Shown here piece after piece: positions 50,218 to 62,769 of a stretch of DNA of 64,000 nucleotides (position 1 is its first letter; each line of letters begins with the position of its first letter). The DNA is taken from positions 41,100,859-41,164,858 of the forward strand of contig NC_068982.1 of NCBI RefSeq assembly GCF_001194135.2, in the 5' to 3' direction. The position numbers were made by a program, and so were the translations under genes. A model generated the notes under the pieces. The model saw nothing but the letters and a program-made list of their open reading frames with translations. It was not told the DNA's origin and ran no database searches. Source of the stretch: Octopus bimaculoides. Its lineage: Eukaryota.

Positions 50218-52832
50218 GTATGGATATGTGACATCTCTTTGAAGAATTATAAATCTTTCTTTAAATTCTTTTATTCTTTCAGTGGTTTCAGTCATTGAAG
50301 TGTGGCTATGCTGGAGCACCACCTTCATGAGTATAGTTGATATATTGATGTCAGTATTTATTTTCAAGTCTGGTGCATATTCAATCAATCACCTGGTCCT
50401 TAACATAACACCACCACTCGGTCTTTGGATGTCTTTAGAAGAATCCACTCTGTTTCAAGTATTTCTGATCTAAGAATAAGTTCATACCTTCATGCTGCCA
50501 GTTTTAGAGCCCTTAAAAATGTCTTGGGGGCTTCTTTTCTTTCCTTTATCAAACCATAAAAACACAGATATCAACAACTTGGATCAACATACTGTGAAAT
50601 TGGTGGGGAAATGAATAAAAATAAAATATTTAAATTTAATTTATATAAATTATTGAGTGGACTTACATGCACTGCTGTCTTAGAACATGAGCTCACTGGA
50701 CATTACTCTAGGTCCTACAAGTCTAGAGGCCCACTGTTTATCTATGTATACTATGACTGGCTATGTAGAGACCCCAATGCATTTCTTTCCTGAGGAGGGA
50801 GTGCTTAGTGCTTTAGAGTTGGCTGTTCTTATAAGCTTAAAGATCTTAAGTTCCAGGAACTTTAATGTGTATTTGCTTAGTATAATTAATTCTTCTTTCC
50901 TTTGTTTACCTAAATGTTGGAATGTTGAGTTGGAACAGTGTCCTGTCCAATGAGAGATCTATCTCTTATCTACTTAATACTGTGAAACCATAGCTAAGCA
51001 TTAGTCCTTCAAATCATTATGGGATATGGGAAAAAAACAATTACCTGACGTCAGTGCAAGATTAGAATATTTTAAAACAGACTATAAACATCCTCTTAAT
51101 ACTTTTGAGAATTTGCCTCTCTATCATTCACGTGTTTTTTCCTTTTTTCTTTCCTTTTCTTTTTTTCATTCTTTATAAACAATTTCATTTACTTTTAATT
51201 TGTGCTGCTCATTTGATAGAGATTACCTAAAGCATTTGTTGTGAAAAGAGAATTATAAGAAACAAATTATTACTTGTAGGTGTAAAAATGTTCTTAATTT
51301 AAAGTAAATCTTTTGTAAACAGAGTATCATGAAATAAATTCCAGTTAACAGCAGTTGTTTTGAGTGGTGGTTGAACTAGAATATAAATAAATACTTATTA
51401 AATTTGTTTCGATTGGAATAATATCCTATAGATTTCTTCATTCCCTCAAATAAATTACAATACTTCAACATTAATTCCTCTGTACCATGCAGTACTGCCT
51501 GTCAGCTAAAAGTATTTGTTTCAAAAATAGCACTTAGATTTTAAGATATGCTAAAATGAGCCTCTTTCTTCTTGTTAAAAATGTCAGCAGTATGCCATTT
51601 TCCTCAGAGTAAACTAGAATGTCAGGCACAGGGGTAATTTAAAAAATAAATAAATGAATAAAATATGACTAACGGTAAGGTTAATGCTATTGATGTTCTA
51701 TTTGAATTGCTACTGGTTAGAGGTTGAATGGAAACACAGATGAGAAAGGAATTCAGGGGATGCTGCTTTGTTCTAGTGAAGAATTTAATATGTTAAGAAA
51801 TTGTGAGTTATACAGAAGGTATTATGGTAGAGACAGTGACATGCACACACACACACACATCAAAAGACTTACGGTAAGTTAAGATGAGCAGAAAANNNNN
51901 NNNNNNNNNNNNNNNNNNNNNNNNNNNNNNNNNNNNNNNNNNNNNNNNNNNNNNNNNNNNNNNNNNNNNNNNNNNNNNNNNNNNNNNNNNNNNNNNNNNN
52001 NNNNNNNNNNNNNNNNNNNNNNNNNNNNNNNNNNNNNNNNNNNNNNNNNNNNNNNNNNNNNNNNNNNNNNNNNNNNNNNNNNNNNNNNNNNNNNNNNNNN
52101 NNNNNNNNNNNNNNNNNNNNNNNNNNNNNNNNNNNNNNNNNNNNNNNNNNNNNNNNNNNNNNNNNNNNNNNNNNNNNNNNNNNNNNNNNNNNNNNNNNNN
52201 NNNNNNNNNNNNNNNTTATACAGAAGGTATTATGGTAGAGACAGTGACATGCACACACACACACACACATCAAAAGACTTACGGTAAGTTAAGATGAGCA
52301 GAAAACATTGTAGTAAGTGTAAATAAAGAAAGCAGATGGATTACATAAGCTCTCCGTATCTTAAATAACAATGAAAGAAATAACGAGCTTTCATTATAAC
52401 CGTAATTATAGAAACTTTGATAATTTTCTTGGATGGCATGGCTGTGTGATTAAGAGGCTTACTTTGCAATCACATGGTTTCAGGTTCAGTCTCACAGCAC
52501 AGCACCTTAGGCAAGAATCTTCTACTATAGCTCCAGGCCAACCAATGCTTTGTGATTGAACTGAATTTGGTCGGCAGAATCTGTGTGGAATATATGTAAG
52601 TGTGTGTATATATTTGTGTGTGTAACGGTAAGATCCAAGGATCAAGGTGTAGGAAGTTAGTGAGCTTCAAGCAATCCATAGAAGATATAAAAAGCAACTT
52701 CCAGGAACAATAGTGGTTTATTGGTGCAGAAGGTTGTGAATATTTCCCATATCAAAGTCCGATAAGCTGAAAAAAAAAATTAATTTTATAGTTCACAGTT
52801 AGCAACAGGGGTTGTTGTATATGTGAATAAAC

Positions 52833-53209
52833 ATTTAAAAATTTGGGAATGGAGTAAATAAAATCCAGGATACATTTGTTTCATAGCTAGTGGAATCTTA
52901 GAAGTAGTAAATTATCCAAACAAGAAGTAGACTGTAAGCTACTCTTCAAACTAAGGATACCTTGATTATATGATGTTTACATTGTCGTTAAGAGATCCCA
53001 TGTTAACTCATTGGGGATTCAATTGAATCCAAAAGTTAACACGGGATCTCCTAACAACAATGCAAACTTCATATAATTAAGGCATCCTTGACCTGAAGAA
53101 TAGCTTACAGTCTACCTCTTGTTTGGATAATTTACTACTTCTGTGGTTCCACTAACTATGAAACAAATGCAGCCTCGATTTTATCTACTCCATTCCCTAA
53201 TCTTTGAAT
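52833..53209. repeat. ~380-bp imperfect foldback with a perfect 16-bp central palindrome (no loop)
   Basis: The arms align by eye at roughly 85% identity around ggattcaattgaatcc (53015-53030). Confidence 0.92.
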
Positions 53210-53759
53210 ATATATATATTCACTCGGAGTGGTTGGCATTAGGAAGGGCATCCAGCCATAGAAACTCTGCCAAATCAGATTAGAGCCTGGTGTAGACATC
53301 TGGCTCACCAGTCCTCAGTCAAATCGTCCAACCCATGCTAGCATGGAAAGCGGACGTTTTTTTTTTTGTGCGGGTGGCACATGAAATGCACCATTTTGAG
53401 GGTGGCTGTTGCCAGTACCACCTGACTAGCCTTCGTGCGGGTGACACGTAAAANNNNNNNNNNNNNNNNNNNNNNNNNNNNNNNNNNNNNNNNNNNNNNN
53501 NNNNNNNNNNNNNNNNNNNNNNNNNNNNNNNNNNNNNNNNNNNNNNNNNNNNNNNNNNNNNNNNNNNNNNNNNNNNNNNNNNNNNNNNNNNNNNNNNNNN
53601 NNNNNNNNNNNNNNNNNNNNNNNNNNNNNNNNNNNNNNNNNNNNNNNNNNNNNNNNNNNNNNNNNNNNNNNNNNNNNNNNNNNNNNNNNNNNNNNNNNNN
53701 NNNNNNNNNNNNNNNNNNNNNNNNNNNNNNNNNNNNNNNNNNNNNNNNNNNNNNNNNNA

Positions 53760-54296
53760 GAGAGAGAGTTCACGGCTGTATCCTACACCAGTTTTGCATA
53801 ACCACCCCCAGCCCATTCAAAAGTACCTTGGATCATGGGTGACCTGCTGTGCTTGAGTAGACCTATTGAGTCAAGTACATCAAAATGAAAATCAAATGGA
53901 AATTGTAGTTGTGATACCAGTGCTGGTGGCATGTAAAACGCACTATCCAAATGTGGCTGATGCCAGCGTCGCCATGACTGGCTTCTGTGCCAGTGGCACG
54001 TAAAAAGTACCAACCGATCATGGCTGTTGCCAGCCTCCTCTGGCCCCTGTGCTGGTGGCACGTAAAAAGCACCAACCGATTGTGGCCGTTGCCAGCCTCC
54101 TCAGACTCCTGTGCTGGTGGCACGTGAAAAACACCCACTACACTCACGGAGTGGTTGGCATTAGGAAGGGCATCCAGCTGTAGAGGCACTGCCAAATCAA
54201 ACTGGAGCCTGGTGCAGCTTCCTGGCTTCCCAAACCCTAGTCTATCCGTCCAACTCATGCTAGCATGGAAAACGGACATTAAGCGATGATGATGAT
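53760..54296 (+). mobile_element. RTE-LINE 3'UTR with four ~62-67 bp tandem units and a (GAT)n tail
   Basis: The 5' part matches 48207-48330 (gcttgag..gacctattgagtcaagta). Units start at about 53934, 54001, 54063 and 54125. It ends gcatggaaaacggacattaagcgatgatgatgat. A second RTE tail sits at about 53226-53357, before the gap. Confidence 0.8.
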
Positions 54297-54309
54297 ATAG
54301 TGTGAAGAT

Positions 54310-54575
54310 GCATGGCTCAGTGGTTGGGGTGTTGCACTCACGATTGCAAGATCATGGGTTCAGTTCCCAAACCGGTTGTTGCATTGTGTTCTTGAGCAAA
54401 GCACTTCATTTCACGTTGCTCTGTGACCATTTTGTCATCTGACATGTGGCATCCGTTGTACCTGTACAGTTAATGTTGATTTTGATGGAGCGAATGACAT
54501 TTGATCACTATAAACAAATCATCTGTGTGGTTGTTCGATAAGAAATTGTCAAACCCTCATACATCGTCTAACAAT
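54310..54575 (+). mobile_element. tRNA-derived SINE, family-D-like
   Basis: atggctcagtggttggggtgttgcactcacg...gggttcagttccc...tgtgttcttgagcaaagcact. A related copy lies at about 59465-59700. Confidence 0.65.
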
Positions 54576-55383
54576 GGGAGAGTCCATTATATATATATAA
54601 AATCATCATCATTTAATGTCTCTGTGGCATGCTAAGGTGTATATATGTTTGTCATAATCATCATTTAATGTCCACGACATGAGTTGGATTGTTTGACAGT
54701 AGCTGGCCAGCTGAAGAGTTGCCTGGGCTCCATGTCTGTTTTGTCATAGTTTCTACAGCCAGATGTCCTTCCTAATGCCAACCACTTTACAGAATGTACT
54801 GGGTGCTTTTACACAGCTCCAGCATGAGCACTTTTACTTGGAATTGGCACGGGTGCTTTTTACATGGCACCAGCACCCACAAGCCCACAAGACGAGTAAT
54901 GCTCAGCTGGTGTGCGCTTTAGTGTTTATCCCACGTACTTGACAACAAATGCTGGTTTATTTACATGTCAGTAACTTAGCAAAAGATAGTGATAGAATAA
55001 GTACCAGACTTAAAAAAATAATTCCTGAGGCCAATTTGTTTGATTAAACACTTCAAGGCCATACCCCAGCATTGACACAGTCCAACGATTGAAACCAGTG
55101 AAAGATAAGATACAAAAGATCATAAGGGTTAAAGATTCAGTATTATATGTCTATAATATTCAGTGTCTATGTTTGTTGTTGTTCTTCTTCTTTTTAATCC
55201 AAATTAATTAAATTCACTGCTTGTTTCACTATCTTTTTATAATTTAATATAAATAAACAAGTTGAATTACTGAATAATTTTTATTTTTCTAGATTTCACC
55301 CTATTATTTATTGTTTAATAGTATGTATAGTATCTTTGTTTCTTTTTATAGACATACCATAACCACTGTGAATGTGTCTTTGA

Positions 55384-55416
<33 letters not shown>

Positions 55417-56370
55417 AAAGTGAGTGAGCTGGTAGATTTGTTAGCAGCATTTCACCCATCGCTATGTTCAGAGTTCAAATTCTGCGAAGGTCGACTTTGC
55501 CTTTCATCCTTTCGCGTTCAATAAATTACGTATCTGTTGCATACTGGGGTTGATCTAATCGACTGGCCCCCTCCTCCAAAACTTCAGGCCTTGTGCCTAT
55601 AGTAGAAAGTATTATTATTATTATTATTATTAAGATAGCAAGTTGGCAAAATCATTAGCACATTGGGCAAAATGCTTAACAGCATTTCTTCCAGCTCTTT
55701 ATGTTCTCAGTTCAATGTCACTGAGGTCAACTTTGCCATTCATTTTTTCGAAATTAATAAAATAGAGTATCAGTTGAGCACTGGTATCAATGTAATTGAC
55801 AAGCCCCTGCCATCCTCCAAAATTTCGGGCCTTGTGGCTATAGTAGAAAGGATTGAGTGAGAGAGCAGCACATACCATCAAAGTGACACTGTGCTACAAA
55901 TATACAAAGCCCAATATACCCATCTGACAAGGGTACACCAGACACATGCATCATAGCCATATGTGCATGACATGGTGACCTCATATCAAGATAAACAACA
56001 TATGACCTTACCGGTGGGACACAATTAGAATTTTCTTCTGGTTGAGAAGCCTATCCCACTCGAAAGGTCCCTGAATAAGGGTTGTTTAAGGATGATGAAT
56101 GAAACGCTTATGTTTCCAGGTGTGAATTATTCAAACCACAAAGGTTCCATCTCAACCTGGCTATGATACTCCGCCACTTGTGATCAGAGATGCACATATC
56201 GTCAGCCACCAAGGGACATGCTCAACTGGTTAAGTTCAAGCAAATATCCGGTATTGAGCAGAATATTTGCTGTAGCCCAGCTTTTACACCAAGACAAAAT
56301 ATACATGATAACACTTCCAATAAGTTAAGATCAAAAACCATGAGAGCCACTGCCTTGTACAGCATCAGGG

Positions 56371-56406
<36 letters not shown>

Positions 56407-56416
56407 NNNNNNNNNN

Positions 56417-56457
<41 letters not shown>

Positions 56458-56842
56458 CCTCTTTCAGTTTTGTTTCCATTTCTTGCCGAGTGTCTTCTCA
56501 ACACCTAGGGCAAAGAAACTCACTGTATACACTGGTAGGCCATTAAAATAAACATATGAGAGCGAATAAAATAAACATACAAAGTCATGTGATAGAAAAA
56601 AAAGGAGATTATTACTATTATTATCATTATTAAGGCAGTGAGCTGGCAAAAGGCTAACAACATTTCATCCCACCTTATGTTCTAAGTTCAAATGCCACCA
56701 AGGTCGGCTTTGCCTTTCATTCTTTTAGGGTTAGTAAAATAAGTACCAGCTGAGTACTGGGGTTGATGTAATTGACTTACTCCCTCCCCTGAGCTTGCTG
56801 GCCTCATGCCAAAATTTGAAATCAATATCATTATTATTATTA
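55384..56842 (+). mobile_element. (ATT)n-linked cluster: two B1 SINEs, a ~517-bp unclassified element (55855-56371), and a third B1 SINE
   Basis: B1 copies at 55415-55609, 55632-55854 and 56632-56826. (ATT)n runs at 55384-55414, 55610-55631, 56372-56457 and 56829-56842. Confidence 0.75.
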
Positions 56843-57996
56843 ATATTTTGGTTCGGTCTTATTTCTGGTAGGAATTATGTGGATCGCGGGTTACTACTTG
56901 TAACCCTAGGTATCCACAAGTTTTCAGTAGTCTTTCTTTCAAGTGCTTAGAACCCTCCTGATAATCCTTGCTGTCCCTAAGGGACAAACTTTCTGTAGGA
57001 GCTCTACCAGGTATTCTATTTCAATCTCCTTCGACCATTTGTCTATATCTTGGCTTACTGTTTCTAATGCCCCAATTATTATAGGCATGACCTTTATTGT
57101 TTGCATGCTCCAAATTCTTCTTATTTCAAACTTTATGGGACTGTATTTTTTGTTTTTCTTCCTCTTTCTTTACAATCTTGGAATCAAATGAGCATGATGG
57201 GTCAATAAGTAAGCAACTTTGCTTTTCCTTATCTACAATCATTATATCTGGTCTATTATTTTCTAATTTCTTGTCCGTTTGAATAGGAAAGCCCCACAAA
57301 ATCTTTACATTTCTCCAACTCCGGTACTCTTTGGACTCAATTATTGTACCATGTGTTTCCAGCTTCAAATCCCCATTTCTGGCACAATTTCCAGTGTATA
57401 ATCTGGTCGTGCTTCCACTTCTTATATTTTTCCTGTGCCAGCTTGGGGCATTCTACCACAATGTGTGCCACTGTCTCATTCCAAGTTCCACAAGCTCTAC
57501 ATTTTTCTAGCACATTCTTTCCATATATATTTTTCCTCAAGTTATTTGTTTTTATCGCTTGATCTTCAGCTGCTACAATTAGGCTTTCTGTTTCTTTTTT
57601 TTAATTGCCCCTTTTTCTAACCAAGCCCAGGATTTTGTTCCACATATGTCTTCAGGGGCTCTCCAAAATTGGCCATGCAGAAGTTTCTCTTCGATCTGTC
57701 TGACATGCTCTCTTTGTATTTTGTTCTTGTCTTTTTTTTCCTATTACGCGCTTCATCACCTGTTCTTTATTAACTGTCTTTAGTAGATTTCCTGTGCTGC
57801 TTTGTAAATACTCTACTAAACTTTTTCTTTCCATCTGTATGCAGTCTTCTACTGCTGTTAAGCCTTTTCCACCCTGGTCTCTCCTCAAGTACAGCTGGTT
57901 GATATCAGCTTTCAGATGATGGGCTCCATACATCAACAACTTCCTAGTTTTTCTGTCAAGATTCTTATCATTTCTGGTCCAGTCTATAGTTCCAAT
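56843..57996 (-). mobile_element. 5'-truncated, frameshifted R4/Dong-like non-LTR retrotransposon (RT end, CCHC knuckle, restriction-like endonuclease)
   Basis: Minus-strand peptides: GTIDWTRNDKNLDRKTRKLLMYGAHHLKADINQLYLRRDQGGKGL; CRACGTWNETVAHIVVEC (C-X2-C-X8-H-X4-C); KHD; NRPDIMIVDKEKQSCLLID (PD..D); ...GTARIIRRVLST* with the stop at 56939-56941. A ~100-bp 3'UTR follows. (TAA)n flanks both ends. Confidence 0.85.
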
Positions 57997-58091
57997 TATT
58001 ATCATTATTATTATTATTATTATTATTATTGTTATTATTATTATTATTATTGTTATTATTATTATTGTTATTGTTATTATTATTATTATTA
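57995..58091. repeat. (ATT)n microsatellite with GTT interruptions
   Basis: Seen directly. It causes the poly-Ile pseudo-ORF 57652-58161. Confidence 0.95.
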
Positions 58092-58095
58092 GTAT

Positions 58096-58461
58096 TACCT
58101 CCACCTTAGTGAAGGTGGAGGTATTGTTTCCAGTCATGTTTGTTTGTTTGTCTGTGGACAAGATATTTCAAGAACTGCTGGATGGATTCAGATGAAACTT
58201 TCAGGGATGTTTGGCCTCATGACTGGCATGAACTGATTAGATTTTGGAATTGATCTGGTACCAGACAAGGATTCTGGATTATTTTTCCGGTGTTTTTACT
58301 TAATTTTTGAGAGCAGTCAGGTTCAATTTTTTGGTATTCTCGTTTTTGAATGCAGTCAAGTTTATTTCAGATATTCTCATTTTAAAAATCATCTCCAGCT
58401 GATCATTGAGAGGACATTGGTGTTGCCTTGGCAGAGGTTTGCGCTCTCTGAGTGCTCTTGT
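58096..58461 (+). mobile_element. Helentron-associated non-autonomous element (HINE/DINE-1-like)
   Basis: A 5' subterminal repeat tacctccacctt with its inverted copy aaggtggaggta 4 nt away, a short tttg/tctg microsatellite, a 3' subterminal ccttggcagaggt, and then the stem-loop gcgctc-tct-gagtgc. This is the established HINE architecture. Confidence 0.7.
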
Positions 58462-60983
58462 CATAAGCAGCGGTGGTGGCAGCGTCTTCTTCTTTGATCA
58501 GCAGAATTAGATATCCATTAGATATATGATGTTAGCCTTCAATAAAAGCAGAGCACAAATGAGTTGTGATAATGGCTAGAAACTAAAAGCATGAATCTAT
58601 ATTAGTATGAGACATGTCTATGCTGGTTGGACACATGATGTGAACAAATGATAAATGAGTGCTCTGTGAAAAAGACCAATATACTGTAAGTGAGGATATC
58701 TGTGACAAAAGAAAAACACAAGAAGTACTGAAGAGGTCAGATCCAAGGTTAGTGGACCTCGCAGATAAAACAAAGAAAGGTCAAAATGTGGGATGATTTG
58801 CTGTACTGCAAACACCTCCAACCTATGCCAGTTAAGGGGAAAAAAAACATTAAATAAGTAATGGTGATTTTGAGGAGTTTTTTTTTCTTTAATAACCATG
58901 GAAGTTAACAATATCTTCAAGCCAGTCATTGTAGTTACTTTACACAATAACAAGTCCTCACTTGTTTTTTTTTTTGTTTTTTTTTTCCAAACAAAATTGC
59001 TATTAAGTAACTGTGGTTTCATCTGATGAAGTGGCAAAAGAGTTTGTTTTGTTTCAATTTGGGTTTTTTTTTAATCTTTTATCTTTCCAATTAGCTCTGT
59101 TCTGTCTCCATTTCAAACAAAAACCAAAAAAAAAAATAAAGGCATTATATAGATAAAGATAATTGTTTTTGCTAACCTTACCCAGAACGATTGAGACCAT
59201 ATGATGGACTTTTAAAACTAGAATTTCTATAATTGAATTGTTTGTTGCATCTTGCAACACAATTGTCAGAATTGTTGATGTGAAGTATAATGTAATTTAG
59301 AAAAGATTTTTTTAGTTTTATATTTTATTTTTACTGTGAAGGTAGTATGTGGTTTCTATATCTCTTTTACTTGTATTTAGATGTTACTGAAGTCTTTCTT
59401 CTCTGGTAACTCGAATCATAGATATACATACTCTTTATAATTCTTTATTGTATGAACTTAACATGGTGCATGGCCTAGTGGTTAGGGTGTTGTGTTCACG
59501 ATCATGAGATCGTGGTTTCAATTCCTAGACTGGGCAGTGTATTGTGTTATTGAGCAAAACACTTAGTTTCGCATTGCTCTGCAATCTCTTCAAAGTTTGA
59601 CTTGCAGCACACACTGCACCTGTGCAGGCAATGTCATTTGATTGCAATAAGCAAATCATCTGTGCTGGCTGTTCAGCCAGAAATTGCAGACCCTCCATCT
59701 GTCAAATACAATAGAAGAGCATACAAATTTAACACAAAGCATGCTTCTATTTAGCGATCCAAATTTACAAAACTTTACTAAGTTTGAAAAAGTATAAATC
59801 TAAAATAGTTTTCATCCAACAATAACCGTATTGGCATAATCCTCATTAACTATCTCAGTATATTAATCAGGGTACAATTTTTGTCAAATAACACTGTTCA
59901 TCATAATTTTATTTCCACATTTCTTGCCAACATAGACTGGATGGGTTGCCTTAATTGGAATCAGCACATACCCAAAAGGTGCTGCTCATGTAGATCGGTC
60001 ATGGGACTTCATTTTGCTTGCATTATGATTTTGGCTAGGTTTCTACAGTTGGATGCTTTTCCTAATGCCAACCACTCTATAAAGTGTACTAGGTATACTT
60101 TTTTCATCATGACACCAGCAATAGATAGATGTTGTGTCTGCCACAAGATAAAAGGTCCTACAACTGTGTACTTTACAGAAAGTACTAAGTGCATTCTTCA
60201 TGACATTAGCACTAGAAAAGTAGCCAAGAAATTTCACAGTCCCTCACCAGCCTCTTTACACAATGAAAGCATGAGTGACAAGGGCAGAGTGATAGGAATA
60301 CTCAGTATTCTGAGGTAGGTGTGTATATTCAAGGTAATGTTACTGAGATGGCAGATAGATAACAGTTGTCTTTGTAACCCAGAAGATGGAGCAATGGCAG
60401 AGGTCCAGGATGTGTGAGAGAAAAGGAATAAAGAGTATACTAGCAAACAACACCAGAAAGGAGGATGATAGTATAGCAGACATGGTGTAAGTGACCCAAT
60501 TTAGCCACCTCTGCATAGGCTACAAGATGGGCTAGAGAGGGTCAAGTAATGGAGGTGGTTGTATGGTAAAAAGAAAGGAGGTGGGTCCTGTATCCTCAAG
60601 CAGTACAAGGAATGATGGGTAAAGGATCAAAATAGGTACAGTGGCATCTCTAGTTACACTGACTGGAAGCAGTGTATGGCAAATGGAAGATCTATGCTTC
60701 CTCAGTGATGCTGGAAGCATTGTACATTGAGAATTGAGAAGTGGAGGGAATGATTGAGATGTTATCAAGGAGCATGGTGAACAAAAGAATGCAATGTATG
60801 GTGAACATTAGAAGAGTAATAAAAACATAGGTGAAAGAAGGCAATGTATGACAAGCAGAAGACAAGTTGGAGAGAGACAGACAGACAGACTGAGAGAGCA
60901 ATATGTGGCAAACAAATGAGAAATCCATTTTTCAGAAAAGTTGTAGCAAAATCAATTTACAGGCTCAAGAATCAACAATTTAA

Positions 60984-61203
60984 CCCTTTTGTTTTCAAAC
61001 TGGCCAAATCCAACCCAAATATTTTATCTGTTTTATGTTCAAACCAGCCAAATCCAGTCTGTCACACCTACCCTACAATGTCAGTCTAAAAGTAAGCAAT
61101 CACATCATTGAAATCTTGGAGCTATGAGATAATGCATGATAAATTCAAAACAACATTAATAAAAAGCATTACATTTGAGAAAAGTAATTTGAATGCTAAA
61201 GGA
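60984..61203. mobile_element. TTAA-type MITE family 1
   Basis: ttaa|cccttttgttttcaaac ... gaatgctaaagga|ttaa. A sister copy lies at 61891-62104. Confidence 0.75.
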
Positions 61204-62108
61204 TTAAACTCAGTGAAATAGACACTGTTTTAAAAATGTAATCCATGTCTCAGAAGCTAAGAAGGTTTGCAACTCCAAAATTGGGGCCCTTTCAATTTTA
61301 CTTTTGGCTTTTATTTGCTTTGACTATTTTAAATACAACTTAATTTCAATGGCTTTTACATAAAACAGTTTTATTTGAATAAGATTATTTTCATGTTTTG
61401 TCTATTACATCATATGAACTAAAAGTGGAGCATATAGTTATTAAGGAATGTGCTTGTTCCCAGTGTGTTACATCAAGTGTACATGTATGTTTTCTGATTT
61501 TAAAAAAAAACAGGTTTTGCAAGTTTGTTTACTATCACTAATATTCTGTTTTATAGCTGAATTAAAAATTGTTCAGGGTTATTTTTTTTTTCTTTACTTA
61601 TTGCTTAATGTAAGCAATGATATATTATTTAATCTAAGAACTCGCTTCTAACGATCCACATAATAGTATTATTTATAGTTATTTATACAATAGCTCGAGG
61701 GATTAATTTTTGATTACTCTTATTGATTTCATTCAGTTACTCCCTTGAGTGTATTGAAATATAGCCTTCAGCATATGTCCTGCCAGTCATATTGTTTATA
61801 CTGTTGGATAATTCTAAAGCTTAAACAGTGATATTCACCTCAGCTTTTAATTACTGATATATATATATATGTATGTATAATATTGTTCAACCTTTTATCA
61901 TTTAAACCAGCCATATCCGGCCCAAATATTCCACCTGTTTTGTGTTCAAAATGGTCAGATCTGGGCTCTCTCACCTACCCTGCAATTTCATTCTAAAAAT
62001 AACAATTACATCATTGAAATCTCAGAGTTAGAAGATAATGCATGATTAATTCAAAACAATGGGAATAAATAAGCATTACATTTGATGATCTGAATGCTAA
62101 AGTGTTAA

Positions 62109-62110
<2 letters not shown>

Positions 62111-62190
<80 letters not shown>
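62111..62190. repeat. Perfect (CA)40 microsatellite abutting a MITE end
   Basis: 80 bp of uninterrupted CA. Confidence 0.97.
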
Positions 62191-62192
<2 letters not shown>

Positions 62193-62769
62193 CAAAAAAA
62201 AAAAAATAAACAATCTCCCAGCAGACCAAATTCATGACAAGAATTTTTCTGTGGTTGTTTAACCTCAAACAGACAGAGTAGTCATGATGGTTCCCACTAT
62301 GACCACTTTGTCTTTATATATCTAGGATAGTTAAGTGAGATTCAAGGAGACTTCAGTACTAGTTCTAGCATGTCAAGTAACCATGTAGAAACTTTCTTTG
62401 TTGGCTCATTCATAACAGGATTTTAATTCTTGTTGGGAACTGCTGGTTTCTTTTGCAATGCTTGAGTAAACACCCTCTCCCCCACTTAACTAGTATCATA
62501 GAGACAGTTTCCAATTACCACTACAAGGCCTCTGTCCCTCATAACTGGCACACCCTTCAAAAGTTTGGAAATGGGCAGAGAAAACATAGAGGGGACTCTG
62601 TAATATTACTGGAGACTCTTGTAGGTGACAATATATCTAATCGCTATGGCTTGTTGACATGAACCCAATTTATACTGTAAAGTGGTTGCTAATAAGAACA
62701 AACAACAGAACTGGATGGGGGCATTTTTTGCTTGTTTTATGTGTCTCTGATAAAGAAAGACAGTGGTAG

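Noticed and set aside
51808-52305. Direct repeat of 88/90 bp on both sides of the N gap (51808-51895 and 52216-52305)
   Set aside because: The copies differ only by one CA unit and each abuts the gap. This is typical of unmerged heterozygous contig ends, so it is an assembly artefact rather than an LTR or TSD.
60230-60900. Purine-rich stretch that might be an antisense, decayed LINE endonuclease region
   Set aside because: There is only a vague resemblance to a YRPP-type motif and no alignable conserved block.
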